A stretch of DNA of 64,000 nucleotides, taken from positions 8,494,001 through 8,558,000 of the forward strand of contig CM035350.1 in the NCBI GenBank assembly GCA_020137815.1, given 5' to 3'. Below are positions 45,601 through 58,265 of this stretch, piece after piece (the first letter of the stretch is position 1; every line of letters starts with the position of its first letter). The position numbers and the translations under genes are program-made. The notes under the pieces were generated by a model. The model searched no databases. It saw only the letters and a list, made by a program, of their open reading frames with translations, and was not told where the DNA came from. The DNA is from Hormiphora californensis. Taxonomy: Eukaryota; Animalia; Ctenophora.

Positions 45601-48600
45601 GGGCGATGATCACCTTCCCCCTTGGTTTTGTTGGGTTGCTCCTGCTCAGTCCCACCTTCATCTTTATCTTGCTCCTCTCTATTGTCCTCTTCGTTACTGG
45701 AGTGGTGCTGATCGAGTTGGAACAGAGGGAACCCGAGGTTAGTATCCATTCTTGAGCTATGGCGCCGAAATCGCAAGAACAACCCCCTGTTGTAGATGTT
45801 GTTATCAAGCCACACCATTATCACACATCACATGCCCCGGGCCCCCTCCCCAGAATTTAGTATCCTCTCCACCCCCTCCCCCCCCCCCCCCACAAAACCA
45901 CACCATCACATGCCCCCTCCCTTCTTTGTAGGTATTCCTGTACTTTCAAGAGAAGTGCGAGGCGTGGTTTGACTCTTTTGACTCCAATACAATCGCGATA
46001 TCACCACCACCTACACAACATATTGTACCTACAGGTACCCGACCACGAGTGGTCCCATCGCGTTAAAATCAGAGAGGACCCCCCGGAGGAAGAGAAGAAG
46101 GGAGAGTAAGGAGAGAGATATATACTGGACTGCGAAAGTAGGGATTGGACTGCTTGATAGTAAGGAGATCATATAATACTTGACTGCGAGGGATTGGACT
46201 GAGAATCTTTGAATTGTTGTCATACGGACCGACGGACAGTGTGAGCAAATCTGTATTGTGGACTGTGTATGTGCGTGTGTACTATTAATGAACCAAGTTG
46301 GAGATTTTGTACATGCAATTTTTACCACCAATCAAATTGACGTAGTGATAGTATGAATAGCACCGGTGGGGGGGGGGGGGGGGGCGCGGACACGTGGGGA
46401 GTATTATAAGGGCCCATGATCCCCATTCCCCCACCAGTCTCAATATAATTCTCCTAATAAAGTACTAACCGGTGTTGATGATGATGTCTGCATGTATTTG
46501 GAGATATCAGAGAAGGGAGGACAGGATCTAGATACATGGAATACAGCGTCATCATCAGCAGAATCCTTGTTGCAGTAGTCAATAACGAGAGCGTTACAGC
46601 AGGCACAGTTCTCTGTACACAGCTCTAGTAGAGACGAGGAGTTGGGACTTCTGAAAGGTGAGGGGGGGGTGAGATTAGAGGGAATTATGGACTTCTGAAA
46701 CGTGGTGGGTGAGATCAGATAGAAGTATACTATAGGGATAAGGAATTGGAACTTCTGGTTTCTGAAACGTGAGGGGTTGAGATCAGATAGAAGACAGAAG
46801 TATGTAGGGGCGAGGAAACGTGACTTCCGAAACGTGGAGGGGGGGGGTTGAGATCAGGGTGTCAAATGTATTCCCCACAATCGGAATGTGAGTGTTATCT
46901 TCACATTCCATTCACAAAAACCAGTCACGTTACAACAACTAACCCTGTTTGTTCGGGTGGTTTCGGGTGTTCACACTCATGTTCCTTGATAACACGTCGC
47001 TGCAACCACCACCACATATCCTTACTGAGGGACAACCACTGGGTAGCATTCTCGTATGTGTAGGCGGCAGTGGCTCGAGTTGCTCCCATTATATAAGGAT
47101 CTGGGAGGGACCGGCCTCCTCACTTGATACTGGGATCTCATCAGTTAGGGCATCATGTAGCTTCAGCTAGGGATGTGAGACGTTCACTGCGGGGTTCCAC
47201 TGGAGGGGGAATGTTGCCACGGGAGAAGAGACGGTAGATAGAGGAACCCAGGGAGTGGGGCTCGTAGGGGCTGGATGATGTTAGGGGCTGCTCCAGGGGA
47301 ATCTCTGCACCAGCCATACCTGTAATAGGAGAGTTAAATTCTGCAGGAACTATTTTATTCGTTCTGCAAGAGACAAACAGAGATGAGGGGGTCCATCTGA
47401 CAAGACTTACTAGGTTCAATATGCTGTAAAACACCTTCTGTGTTATCAGAGTTGGAACTGGGGGTAAGGGATTTAGCACTCCCCTGAGAATCTTCCATCT
47501 CCTCTGCATAAGGGTCTGCATAAAGGTCATCGTGGGAGGGGAGTATACTATCATCATCATCATCTACCCTCTGCACAAACACCTCCTCTTCACCTTGTTT
47601 CAACTGAAATATTGAGAGGGTTACTGATCCCTCCTTCCTACCAGAGATCAATAACATTTTGAAATTCTATCTTTTACTTTGGGCACTAGAATATTAATCT
47701 CACCTCGGACGTCTGAAGAGAGTTGCCCATGGATTGTCTCAGCTTGTAGACGTCATCATCACATATTGCACCGTCCTTTTCACTCACGGGAAGAATATCT
47801 GGGAGGAAAAAGATATTGGTAATAACACTACAAGTCCACCAATGTCAATGTGACTGGACAGCACCCTCATGACAGCACCCTCATGACAGCACCCTCATGA
47901 CAGCACCCTCATGACAATGGGACAATGTGTAAATGGACAGCACCCTCTTGACATGGGACAATGTGTAAATGGACAGCACCCTCTTGACATGGGACAAAGT
48001 AACCACACAGCACCCTCATGACATGGGACAAAGTAACCACACAGCACCCTCATGACATGGGACAAAGTAATCACACAGCACCCTCTTAAGATGGGACAAT
48101 GTGTGACTCCACACAGCTCCCTCATGACATGGCACAATGTGTGACTCCACACAGCACCCTCTTAAGATGGCACAATGTGTGACTCCACACAGCACCCTCT
48201 TAAGATGGGACAATGTGTGACTGGACAGCACCCTCTTGACATATGGGACAATGTGTGACTCCACACAGCTCTCCGTACCCCGGGTATTGAAAATATTGAA
48301 GGTGTCTTGGCAGTGTAATTGTTGCTTGGTCAATAGGGTAGGCGTTAACCACAGATCCATGACAGAAACTAGAAAAGCGTACGGTAGAATCAGCTGACAG
48401 CAAATGCACCTTCGCACGACATACACCGTAATTCAATGGGTGAATGAAGGAGAGAGAGACTGAGATAGAAAGAGAGAGAGAATGAAGAGAGAGAGAGAGA
48501 GAGAAAGAGAGATAATGCTTGTCCACGAAGGGAGGGTCTCGCGTTACAGTCTGAGCACGTGTGCTGGTATAAAGACAGAGACTGTGAGAGATAGTATGAG

Positions 48601-51600
48601 AAAGAGAGAGTGTGTCACATACTGCGGGGGAGAGAGACACTATGGAAGTAAAGAGTGAACAGGAATGATAATCTAAGGAAGATAAAGAGCTTCACAACAA
48701 CTGCCAACAAGTTTAAAAATAGCTTTTTCAAACAAGTATCCACTGTACCAAGATGTGTTCTTACTTACAGAGCTGCAGCAGAAGGGTGAGCTAGAACGCA
48801 GCAACGTCTGGAGGAGGAGGGAACAAGAGAAACAGTTTGGAGAGAGAGAGAATTGGCGGAGAGAGGAGGGATTAATTTGACCATAACAGGACTGAAATCA
48901 GAAAGATCAGGGACATTGGTATTTTTCTAATCACCAAGGGGCGCACTTTGATTACCCCAATACCACACTGTGGACATCATCACCACCACACCTACAACAC
49001 CCCCATACATGGCACATGTGTGTTGATTAGAAGAGAGGCAGAAGAGAAACTATGGCGTGAATGAAATCCCCAGAAAGTGATCATGAAGTGAATTCCCCAA
49101 AGAGGGATAGAGACTAGAGATAGAGATAGAGACTAGAGAGATAGAGACTAGAGAGATAGAGATAGAGAGATAGAGACTAGAGAGATAGAGAGAAATTAGT
49201 TTCCAAGAAAAGGGAATGTACCTACCTAGAATTACGTAGTCTAATACATTGTCATTGTATTCCGTCTCCAGAATACGATCCAAACGCCAATACATATCTT
49301 AAACAGTAGAACTAATAAAACCAAGGTTTGTTACAATTGCAAAGCATTATATTTTCTAGTACAATAATTGGCTTGGAAGACTAATATGAAGTCCAGAAAT
49401 GGTAATATTGTAACGGAATATGACGCTGCTATCGCCGTGAGAGCCGCTGCAAAAAAAGCTGAGATTCTGTCTTCACACATACGCGGTGCAGAAATAGTGC
49501 TACAAATTACAGATACTCTGAGAGACAGAGAGAGAAAAGAGAGAGTAGAGACAGGGAAAGAGAGAGTGTGTGCAACAGATTTAATGAGAATAGCGTGTTA
49601 TATGTCATGACACCTAATTATGTGCTAATCAAATTAATAATCACACCCTTGTTTGGTACGTGATCTAAACCTGATCAGGGTTTCCGTTACTCGATCAAAA
49701 AGTAATAACAAGGTTTCCGTCACACACAGCCCTGTGAACGGTGGGGGCTGGGTGGGGACAGGCAACTAACAAAAGCCTTGTGAACCGTGAACCGTGGGCC
49801 CTCAGTAGTCAATACAACGGTGGGGGTAGGCCCTCAATACAACAGATGGGGAATGATGGTACATCATACAGCTAGCAACGCTTTTTATATGATCTGTTAC
49901 ATAATCAAAAGTGGGTAGCCAAAGCAAATTATAGGGACGAAAGGGTGACATTTTTGGCAGCAGTCATCCATGATAAGATATTAGATCACACTGTATCACG
50001 GTTCTGTTTATCTCTCATGAAAAGAATCTATAATATTAAGGGGGTCACACGAATCTGAATTATAGGGGAGGGTAAATATGTATGCTTCATTTTCGGTTGT
50101 TTGTGGTGAACTCGTGATATATCACAGATAAGAAACGGATTTTGTGACGTCATGACAAACAAAGAACGGTGCCAAAACCATGGTCCCCACGAGACAGTAT
50201 AATCTCTTACCTGGCAAGGAGGAGTTGATAACATCAGGATTCCCATCAGGTTCCACTTCAGAAGTAGGGTAAGGGTTATTACAAGCACCGTTACCACTAG
50301 TTACAGCAGCGTTATCAGTAGTTACAGCATCGTTACCACTAGTGACAGCATCGTTACCACTAGTTACTGCACTGTTATCACCAATAACAGGCAGGTTATC
50401 AGTCACCACTAAGTTATCACCAGCCAAGTTATCACCAGCTGTCTGTTGAACTTCTCCAGTTGTAAGATCTCCAGATACATTCCACCTCTCAGCAGCAACT
50501 TCATCAACAACTTCATCCACAATTGCAGTAGCCACACTTTCACAGATAACATCTAGTGCACCACCCTCCTCCATACTGATATCACCATCATCACTAGGAC
50601 ACCCTTCTTCTACAAGGGGTACTGTCTCCTTTTCCAGAGGAATTGTATCCTCAACTATTGGGATTGTCTCCTTTTCCAGCAGAATTATCTCCTTTTTCAT
50701 CAGGGGGATTGTGTCCTCAACTATTGGGATTGTGTCCTCAACTATTGGGATTGTCTCCTCAATTATTGGGATGGTCTCCTCACTTTCTAGAATTGATTTC
50801 ATTATGCTTTCTCCCACCTCCTCCGCACACTCAAGAGCTGCTTTCTCCTCCGACAGGGACCTCTCTAAAAAGTCAACAGGACTCGACCCAGAAAGGTCCA
50901 ACACATCCACAGAACTAGTGTGGTGCTCTTCTTCTTGGTAGGCTGCGTCCTGGTTGACAACCTCTAGAACAGTCCTGAAACTCTCCTCAGATTGTATTGA
51001 TTGTTGAGATGTGACGTGTTGCACTAAATCTGGTTCAGCTGGGATGTCCGGGGATGGAGCCAGAGTTGAGGTACTTCCCTCAGATAAAACTGTGTCAACC
51101 TCCCCAGTAAATTGGGACATATCCGTGGCACTTGGAGCGTTCTCATTGTCAAAGGATTCGGGGTTAAAGAGGACTTTACAGCCACGTTCTGTCACCTTGG
51201 AGATGAGGCCAATTATTTTAGTAACCATCTGCACATCGTTTAGCAGTGCATAACTTTCGTAGTACTTCCTGAAACACATATCATTGATTGGATTGTCTTT
51301 TGATTCAAGCATGAATTACTTACTTTGCGATTCCTTCATCTGATATGAGTTGAAAATAACTTTGTAACGTTGACTCATTAGTTGTTAACCGTATCCATGC
51401 TCTTATTTTGCCCTGGTCAGTCTTGACTACACCGCCTAGCAGTGATATATCTTCAGTGATTTGGGACGACGATACCTCCTTCAGAATATTCCAGATATCT
51501 TGAGACTCCGAGCGCCATTTGAAAGTCCTGGTAAAACAATCAAATTAACACATCATTGATATTGTTTGATGTTTGATGGCATTCTTACCTCTTCTTTAAT

Positions 51601-51816
51601 CCGAAGTATAACAAAACTTCAATACGACGGCAGAAATCGACATGCAAAACAGGATTGTCCACTCCATGAATCAACTGTAAGAAAAGCAATGTGTTATGTA
51701 ATTACTACGTCCTAAGTAAATTAATTGCCCCAGGACCTTACATTATGGACGGATGATGTTAATTTGGACAGTAGAAAAAGCTTGTAGTCATCTTGGATCT
51801 CACTTCGACCTGGCAT
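42687..51816 (-). CDS. RUN domain + acidic linker + C1 + Rubicon-homology (RH) protein, DEF8/PLEKHM1-like, multi-exon
   Basis: RH: CDYTGRYYCSDCH...IPARMIHNWDF. C1: HRF...CGKC...CRVC...HKTC...C. RUN: KTDQGKIRAWIRL...KYYESYALL. Linker exons are mostly phase-compatible but need indel corrections. Confidence 0.7.
44867..45133 (+). CDS. Small hydrophobic-hairpin protein A (59 aa if spliced 44867-45040 + 45128-45133)
   Basis: ~45-aa hydrophobic stretch with FPLAVLG...LPL...VP; paralogous to B and C. Confidence 0.6.
45157..45422 (+). CDS. Small hydrophobic-hairpin protein B (70 aa; 45157-45345 + 45399-45422)
   Basis: FPLAVLGIILLLPLWVLLVPIVLVWILVC; phase-0 GT-AG intron. Confidence 0.62.
45468..46109 (+). 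CDS. Small hydrophobic-hairpin protein C (45468-45737, possibly 45932-45961, 46035-46109)
   Basis: Charged termini around TFPLGFVGLLLLSPTFIFILLLSIVLF; the middle mini-exon would need a GC donor. Confidence 0.6.
47850..48275. repeat. Intronic minisatellite (ACAGCACCCTC...ATGGGACAA..., ~37-40 bp)
   Basis: Directly visible. Confidence 0.85.
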
Positions 51817-52173
51817 GATACATGTTAAGTAAGTAAAATGAACAATTCATTCACATGTCGTTCAGGTTTAGCAACTTATTCACAGTTCGTTCACAGGTGT
51901 TGCAAGCAAGATTTCTGAACTCACCGAGCGTATTTTTCCTCATCAATCAGGTGATACCATTGTCTCTGTTCGTGTTATACACTAAAACATCTAAGAGTAG
52001 TTCGTGTTATACACTAAAATATCTAAGAGTAGTACATACATCTGTTGTCGAAAAGTGGATATCATTTTCTACGGAGATATCAAAAACTGCGTTCGTATTT
52101 CATTTAATTAACAAATGTGAAAAGGCCGAGGCAGGGAGATGTGGAATTGGGTGCCGAGGATTTTCAGTTTTGC

Positions 52174-52720
52174 TTACAAGTTTACAAGTTTACAAGTTTA
52201 CAAGTTTACAATTAAAGTTTTATTTATAAAGAAACAGGCCTTCCCTGAATGGGTCCACCTAAATAAAATCAAGTTGAAAAACTATCCCTTCACACTCACA
52301 CTCATCAGCACAGCACAGCACATTGAGGCGAAAGGTCATTTGGAAGTGGCGGGTACCCTCTGACTGGAGGACGATCGTGAAATCCTGTCAAGTAATTGCC
52401 CAATGATGATTTGAACTGATTCAAGCTCACACAAGAATTGACAGCAGCAGGTAGAGTGTTCCATAAATGAGCTGCTCTTGGACCAAATGAGCAGTGAAAT
52501 TGATTAGCTCGTTTCGTTTCTGCTCTATAGGGGTAAGGTGGTGGGACTATCCGCATACCCAGTCTAGCGTGCTGTTGAAATACTAGGTTGGCAGAGTTAG
52601 GTACAAAACCATGAATCGTCTTCCACACATGAATCAGAATGTAGCGCTGTCTCCGACGCTGAAGGGACATAAGATTGAGCAATTTCAGTCTATCCCAATG
52701 CTCTTGCAAGAAGGTCCTTA
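52174..52720 (-). mobile_element. 3' fragment of a CR1/L2-group LINE with an 8-bp repeat tail
   Basis: RLKLLNLMSLQRRR...SFGPRAAHLWNTLP...FKSSL; (TTACAAGT)n at 52174-52212. Confidence 0.85.
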
Positions 52721-52929
52721 AAATTGAATTAAACTGAGATTTTGGATTTAATTCTAGCATCAACTGGAAGAAAGTGTAGTTGCCGCCTGAGGTCTGTGTC
52801 GTAGCCGGATATACCGGGTGGCATCGTTGTAAGTGTGACCCGTTTTGTCTGACACTTGATAGAAGTTTAGCGACCTTCTTGCCCATAACCCAAGTTGTTG
52901 AGAAAACTAGTGTCTAGAGGTGTGAAAGG

Positions 52930-55108
52930 GCGCCGTTACGATCTGGGTGTTTGGTGGCCTGTTTACAGACCTGTGTGCACTGCCAAAAAAGTTGATTCAC
53001 TAAAATGGCTCTAACCGCCAAACCACTCAACCGTTTTGGCTAATTCAAAGTTTATCTGGTATGAAATTTCAAGGCCTAACCCCAACCGAAACCCCAACCC
53101 TAACCCTACTTTAGCCCTAACCCTAAAAAACCATGTCAGCACTCACGAAACACCCAGATTTTAACGCTGGCCCAAAACGTTGGGCGCCGTTATGATCTGG
53201 CCTGTTTACAGGTGCACGCTGCCAAAAAAGTTGATTTACTAAAATACAAATACAAATACAAATACAATTATAATTTATATCCCGCTTTTGGGCCTATGCA
53301 TTGTTAGTGCTAGGAGGACGCCGTTTCAATCAGTCGATTGAAGCAACGCACCCACCACTAACAAGCCTTCTAAAGCGGCTCTTATAGGATTATAAGATCC
53401 TAAAGGCCTTAAAAAACCGTCGGCAGTCATTCGATATAATATATATAAATGTAAGTAGAAAATAAGGGTTATAAAATATCTAATTAAGAAATAGCGTAAT
53501 TAATTCGTTGAGTGATTAAGTAGTTAGATAATTGAGAAATTAACTAGTTAGATAATTGATAATTAACTAGTTAGATAATAACTAGTTAGATAATTAACTG
53601 TTGATTAATAAGTACATAGTGTAAATACTAAGTAAGTAGTATAGTTTAATAATTAATTCAAGTAAAAGGCTAGTGATCTAAAAAGGAGGCGAATAGCTAA
53701 GTAATTAGTTAATGGATAAAGTAACTGTAACAGGATAACCGATAAGGTAATACACACTAACCATATTAATTGCTATATAAGGTTATGATCTAATAAATGG
53801 CCTATGGAAAATTCTAAAGAAGCTGGTAATAAATTAACGAATAACGAGGTAGAAAAATAAAAAGCAAGAGACCAGAGGTCAGTCAGATAGGTTAAATACA
53901 AAGCTGTTAATAAATTAATTAATTGGAGCGGTAAAAAATAAAAAGGTAGGAGGCCAGTGCAATGGCCAGTCAGAATAAGTTAATTAATGCGGTTGGGTTT
54001 AAAATTTAATGTACGATAAAAACGTTAAGCTAATTAAAATAAGCTGTAAGATAGATAACTGTACTAGACGTAAGTATTTAGGTTATAATTTAAAGTAATT
54101 TTAAGGTAAGCTCTAACCGCCAAACCAATCAACCTTTTTGGCTAATTGAAAGTTTGTCTGGTAGGTAATGCCAAGGCCTAACCCCAACCCAAACCCCAAC
54201 CTTAACCCTACTTTAGCCCTAACCCTGCAGGGCCCTAAAAAACCGTTTGTCAGCACCCACAAAACACCCAGAATTTAACGCTGGCCCAAAACGTTCGGAT
54301 CGTGTCACGTCCGCTCATTTTCTTTCTTTTTCTTTCTCATCTCTTTACGACGCCAAACGGGACATAAAAATGGAACGCGCGAGTTTTATCCGGATTAAGA
54401 TGGAAAGCGCTGCCGAATGGAAGCCGCGCGCGGCGGTGAATATACAATCGATCTTTGGAATTGGCTTTTCGAGACTTCGGGGGGCGCCGTTATATACTCG
54501 GATTTTTTGAAACTGTCACCCCCCTGAAATAACAAAATTTGTCATATCTCCGGTTCCTGATAAGATAGAGACTTGAAATTTGGAGGTTCGGAAGAACTTA
54601 GCAAGATCTTCGTAACTTCCAAATTTCAAGTCTTTATCTCATCAGAAACCGGACTTATGGTCATTTAAAGAAATTTGAAAACTCTAGGGGGGTGACAGTT
54701 TCAAAAAATCCGACTTTACTCCATTTTTTTTCAACTGTTCACCCCCCAAAGTCGTGCGCGGAATTGTTTTGCGCGTCTATCACATGTTAACGTGTAGCGC
54801 GCGCAGCGTAAATTAAAATATCGCACGCGCACGAGTTGGAGGGTGAACAGTTGAATAAAAATGGACTTTACGATCTGGGTGTTTGGTGGCCTGTTTACAG
54901 GTGCGCGCTGCCAAAAAAGTTGATTCACTAAAATGGCTCTAACCGCTAAACCACTCAACCGTTTTGGCTAATTCAAAGTTTATCTGGTAGGAAATGTCAA
55001 GGCCTAACCCCAACCCAAACCCCAGCCCTAACCCTAACCCCACTTTAGCCCTAACCCTAAAAAACCGTTTGTCAGCACTCACCAAACACCCAGATTTTAA
55101 CGCTGGCC
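52930..55108 (+). mobile_element. Cluster of telomere-like-core elements (three copies), one split by an AT-rich insert (53243-54108), plus a MITE at 54498-54717
   Basis: Shared sequence with 10690-12230; ACTAAAAT|GGCTCTAACC is split by an insert that begins with (AAATAC)n. Confidence 0.75.
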
Positions 55109-55111
55109 GAC

Positions 55112-55549
55112 TTCGGGCGTCCAGCATGAGGACCGGGGGTTTAAATGGATTCAGAGAATCATATGCGCGCAGGCAGCAACCCTGTGGGCGAGCCGTACGG
55201 GCCGATAGTTAAAGTGCGTTTCAAACGACTTGACCTGAGATTCCTGGAAATTCAGGATTTCCCCTTTGTAAATACACGCGCAATGCGCCAAATTCCAAGA
55301 ATTACGGGTCAAGTCGCTTGAAACTTTAATAAAAGTTATAAAAAGTTAAAAATGCACGGAACCCTGAAAAAGTTAATTTTTTTCGGCTTTTCAGGGTGCC
55401 GCGCATTTTTAACTTTTTATAACTTTTATTAACTTTAAAAAACTATTATTAACTATCGGCCCGTACGGCTCGCCCACAGGGTTGCTGCCTACGCGCAAGT
55501 GATTCTCTGAACCCCTTAAGTCCCCTGGTCATCATGCTGGACGCCCGAA
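55112..55549. mobile_element. MITE with ~100-bp TIRs and two internal hairpins
   Basis: TTCGGGCGTCCAGCATGA...TCATGCTGGACGCCCGAA. Confidence 0.75.
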
Positions 55550-55863
55550 CATTCCAGTATGACTTTCGTTGCCGGTTGCGCAAATAGATAACCCTAATAT
55601 ACATTTTCGCAAACTTTTAACTGAAACAAAAATTCGCTTCACTTTTCTGGTTTTTCATTTTTGTCCTTATTTCTCGTCTCCCACTCGAAATTTATGTGTA
55701 GAAACTAGAACAGTTTCAACCAAGAATTATTGCATAATGTATTCATAATGCGAGGTTTCCCTGCATTCATTAGAGCTGAGTCCAGTACGGACAACAGACA
55801 GAGGACGTATGGGATGATCTGAAAGTTCCCTCCAGGAACAAACTGAATGCATTTGTTTGTCCT

Positions 55864-56600
55864 AAATCAAATCAAATCAAATAAAATTTTACACAATCTA
55901 AACGCGTGCGGATTTCCCAGCGAGTGGGTCCTCCTTGTCAAGTCTTAACTCAAAATATTAAAATCAAATCGCCCCGTCGTGTGGTCAGTCATCAGCAGCA
56001 ACTAAAACAGCAAAAACACACATAGCTAAGATTTCGCCGCCTGACTGAAGTTATTCGAGACCGTGGGGTACCCTCTCACCGGAGGTCTGTCCTTGTACTC
56101 CTTCATGAAAGAACCCAGGCTAGCTTTAAACCCTGCCAATGTTTCACAAAGGGTCTCCTCTCGGGGCAGTTTATTCCACAACTGAGGAGCCCTGTAACTG
56201 AACGAGTTGAACAGCTAGGTAGATCACCTCCTATCAGCCCAATAAGGATACTTCTGCGTTTTGACCTGTATCCCCAAGCGGCCTGTCTGGAACTCCATTC
56301 CTACACAGTTAGGTACTAGTCCATGATAGATTTTCCAGACATGTATAAGCTCGTACCTCTGGCGTCGCCTCTGAAGGGACATGATTTTCAGTGTCTCCAA
56401 CCGCTCCCAGTAGGTCAGCTCATTCATCCCATAGATCTTTCTTAAGAAAGCTCGCTGAACGTTCTCCAGCGCCTGAATGTCAGCTACCTTGGACGGTGAC
56501 CAAACCAAGCAGCAGTACTCTAGAATGGGAAGAACCAAGGCCTTGTATAGAGTCAGTAATACCTCCTGAGATCTACATCTGAACACGCTCAGAATCCATC
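55864..56600 (-). mobile_element. 3' fragment of a CR1/L2-group LINE with a 5-bp repeat tail
   Basis: LYKALVLPILEYCCLVWSP...LENVQRAF...YWERLETLKIMSLQRRR; (AAATC)n at 55864-55881. Confidence 0.88.
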
Positions 56601-57897
56601 TATCATACAAGAATAATATGGACACGTATTTGACACTTAATTCTTGAGTTGGATTAGTCCGAAGATCGGCCTCCGAACTCCGATTTCTAATCATGCAGAG
56701 GGCTGCTGCGCATTCAAAAAGGTTATGTGGCGTTGTATTTGTGTGTGATAATCTAAATCATATTCCGACAAGCTTACGATCCCAGAATATTTGGAAAGAT
56801 ATTACAATTTAAGATGCATGCAAGCAAATTTAATTAAATTTGCCTTGAAATTTACCTTTAGAAACCAAGCTCAGTTATACCAAAGTCGCTATGGTGCCGT
56901 CACTTCAAATTGTGCTGTAATGTGTTGACAACAACGCGGTGTAATTCACGCTACATCAATTCTATACCGTCTTATTACAAGTCTCTTTCCTCAGTATATT
57001 TCGTATAAATTGGACTTTGTATTTTCCCTCTCCGTCTGTAATCGTAGATAGTAAAACGTGCTTACTAATAGTAAGTTACTATTGTTCTTTTAACCTAGTA
57101 TAGATTTACTGGTTACACTACACCCAGTCTACTAGACATCTTTCTGGATGCGTGATTGACAGTCCACCAAGTCAACCATTGACCACCCTCGTTCCCTTGC
57201 CTTGTTCAGTAGCAGGTAGCTGCAGTGCGGCCTACATACAAATAACAATGTGTTCCTGCTTACTATCTCGTTATTATCTCGTTACTACATTATCTTAGTG
57301 TTTCCAGTCTCCAGCAGTCAACTGTCAAGATATGAAATTCCACGACAATGTTGCTCATTATCTTTGAATATACCGTGTGCTATATCTACTATTTTATGCT
57401 CTATACTCTGTCTCTCGGAGTATTCACTTCGGAGCTTATATCTGCGTTGTCATCAACTCCTATCTTTCTTCATAACATCCCTCTATCTCTCTCTTTCTCC
57501 CTCTCTATCTCTCTCGTTCGACTTTCTCTCTCTCCATCTCCCTCTCTATCTCTATCCCTCCCTCTCTGGCCTATGTAGTGACACCGGAAGGGCTTCTTTG
57601 ACGCACAGACAAACATCCTCGCGAGCTTCATGATAGTGTACTTATATTTAATTTATTCAGCATATGTTAACAATCAACACCCCTCCAACCTGGCCTTCCT
57701 CCCCCCAACCTTCCTATCCTCCCCCATCATCCCTTTCTGTCCATGACATAACCCGGCCCTGTTATAGCGAGCTAGCCATTGGTAACTGCATTGAATCGGT
57801 CGGTGACGCAACCCAGCTAGTAATCATTCCTTCCTGAAGCGGGTCACTAATAAGCCAGCTTTTGTTGTCCAATGAGACATTGACAGAGAGAGAAGGA

Positions 57898-58000
<103 letters not shown>

Positions 58001-58265
58001 GGAGAGAGAGAGAGAAGGTGTCATTGTATATGTAATACGTTGTACCTATCTATCTATGCGACTCGTTGCCATTTCTTTACCATTGCCACGTCGCCCTACC
58101 CAATCTACGTACTATCTACTCAACACCCAGAACTAACGATACTCCCTATTTTCTAGGAATGATGAGATAGCAGTGGCCCTAAAAGCACGTGGTTGTGTTT
58201 CCTTTCTCTCACGAGATCTTTAGATCTGTATTTATAGTAGCCATTTTGTATCTACAGCTCCAGAT

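Noticed and set aside
48768-48891. Extra exon of the RUN gene
   Set aside because: Phase incompatible; 50211 joins 47797 cleanly without it
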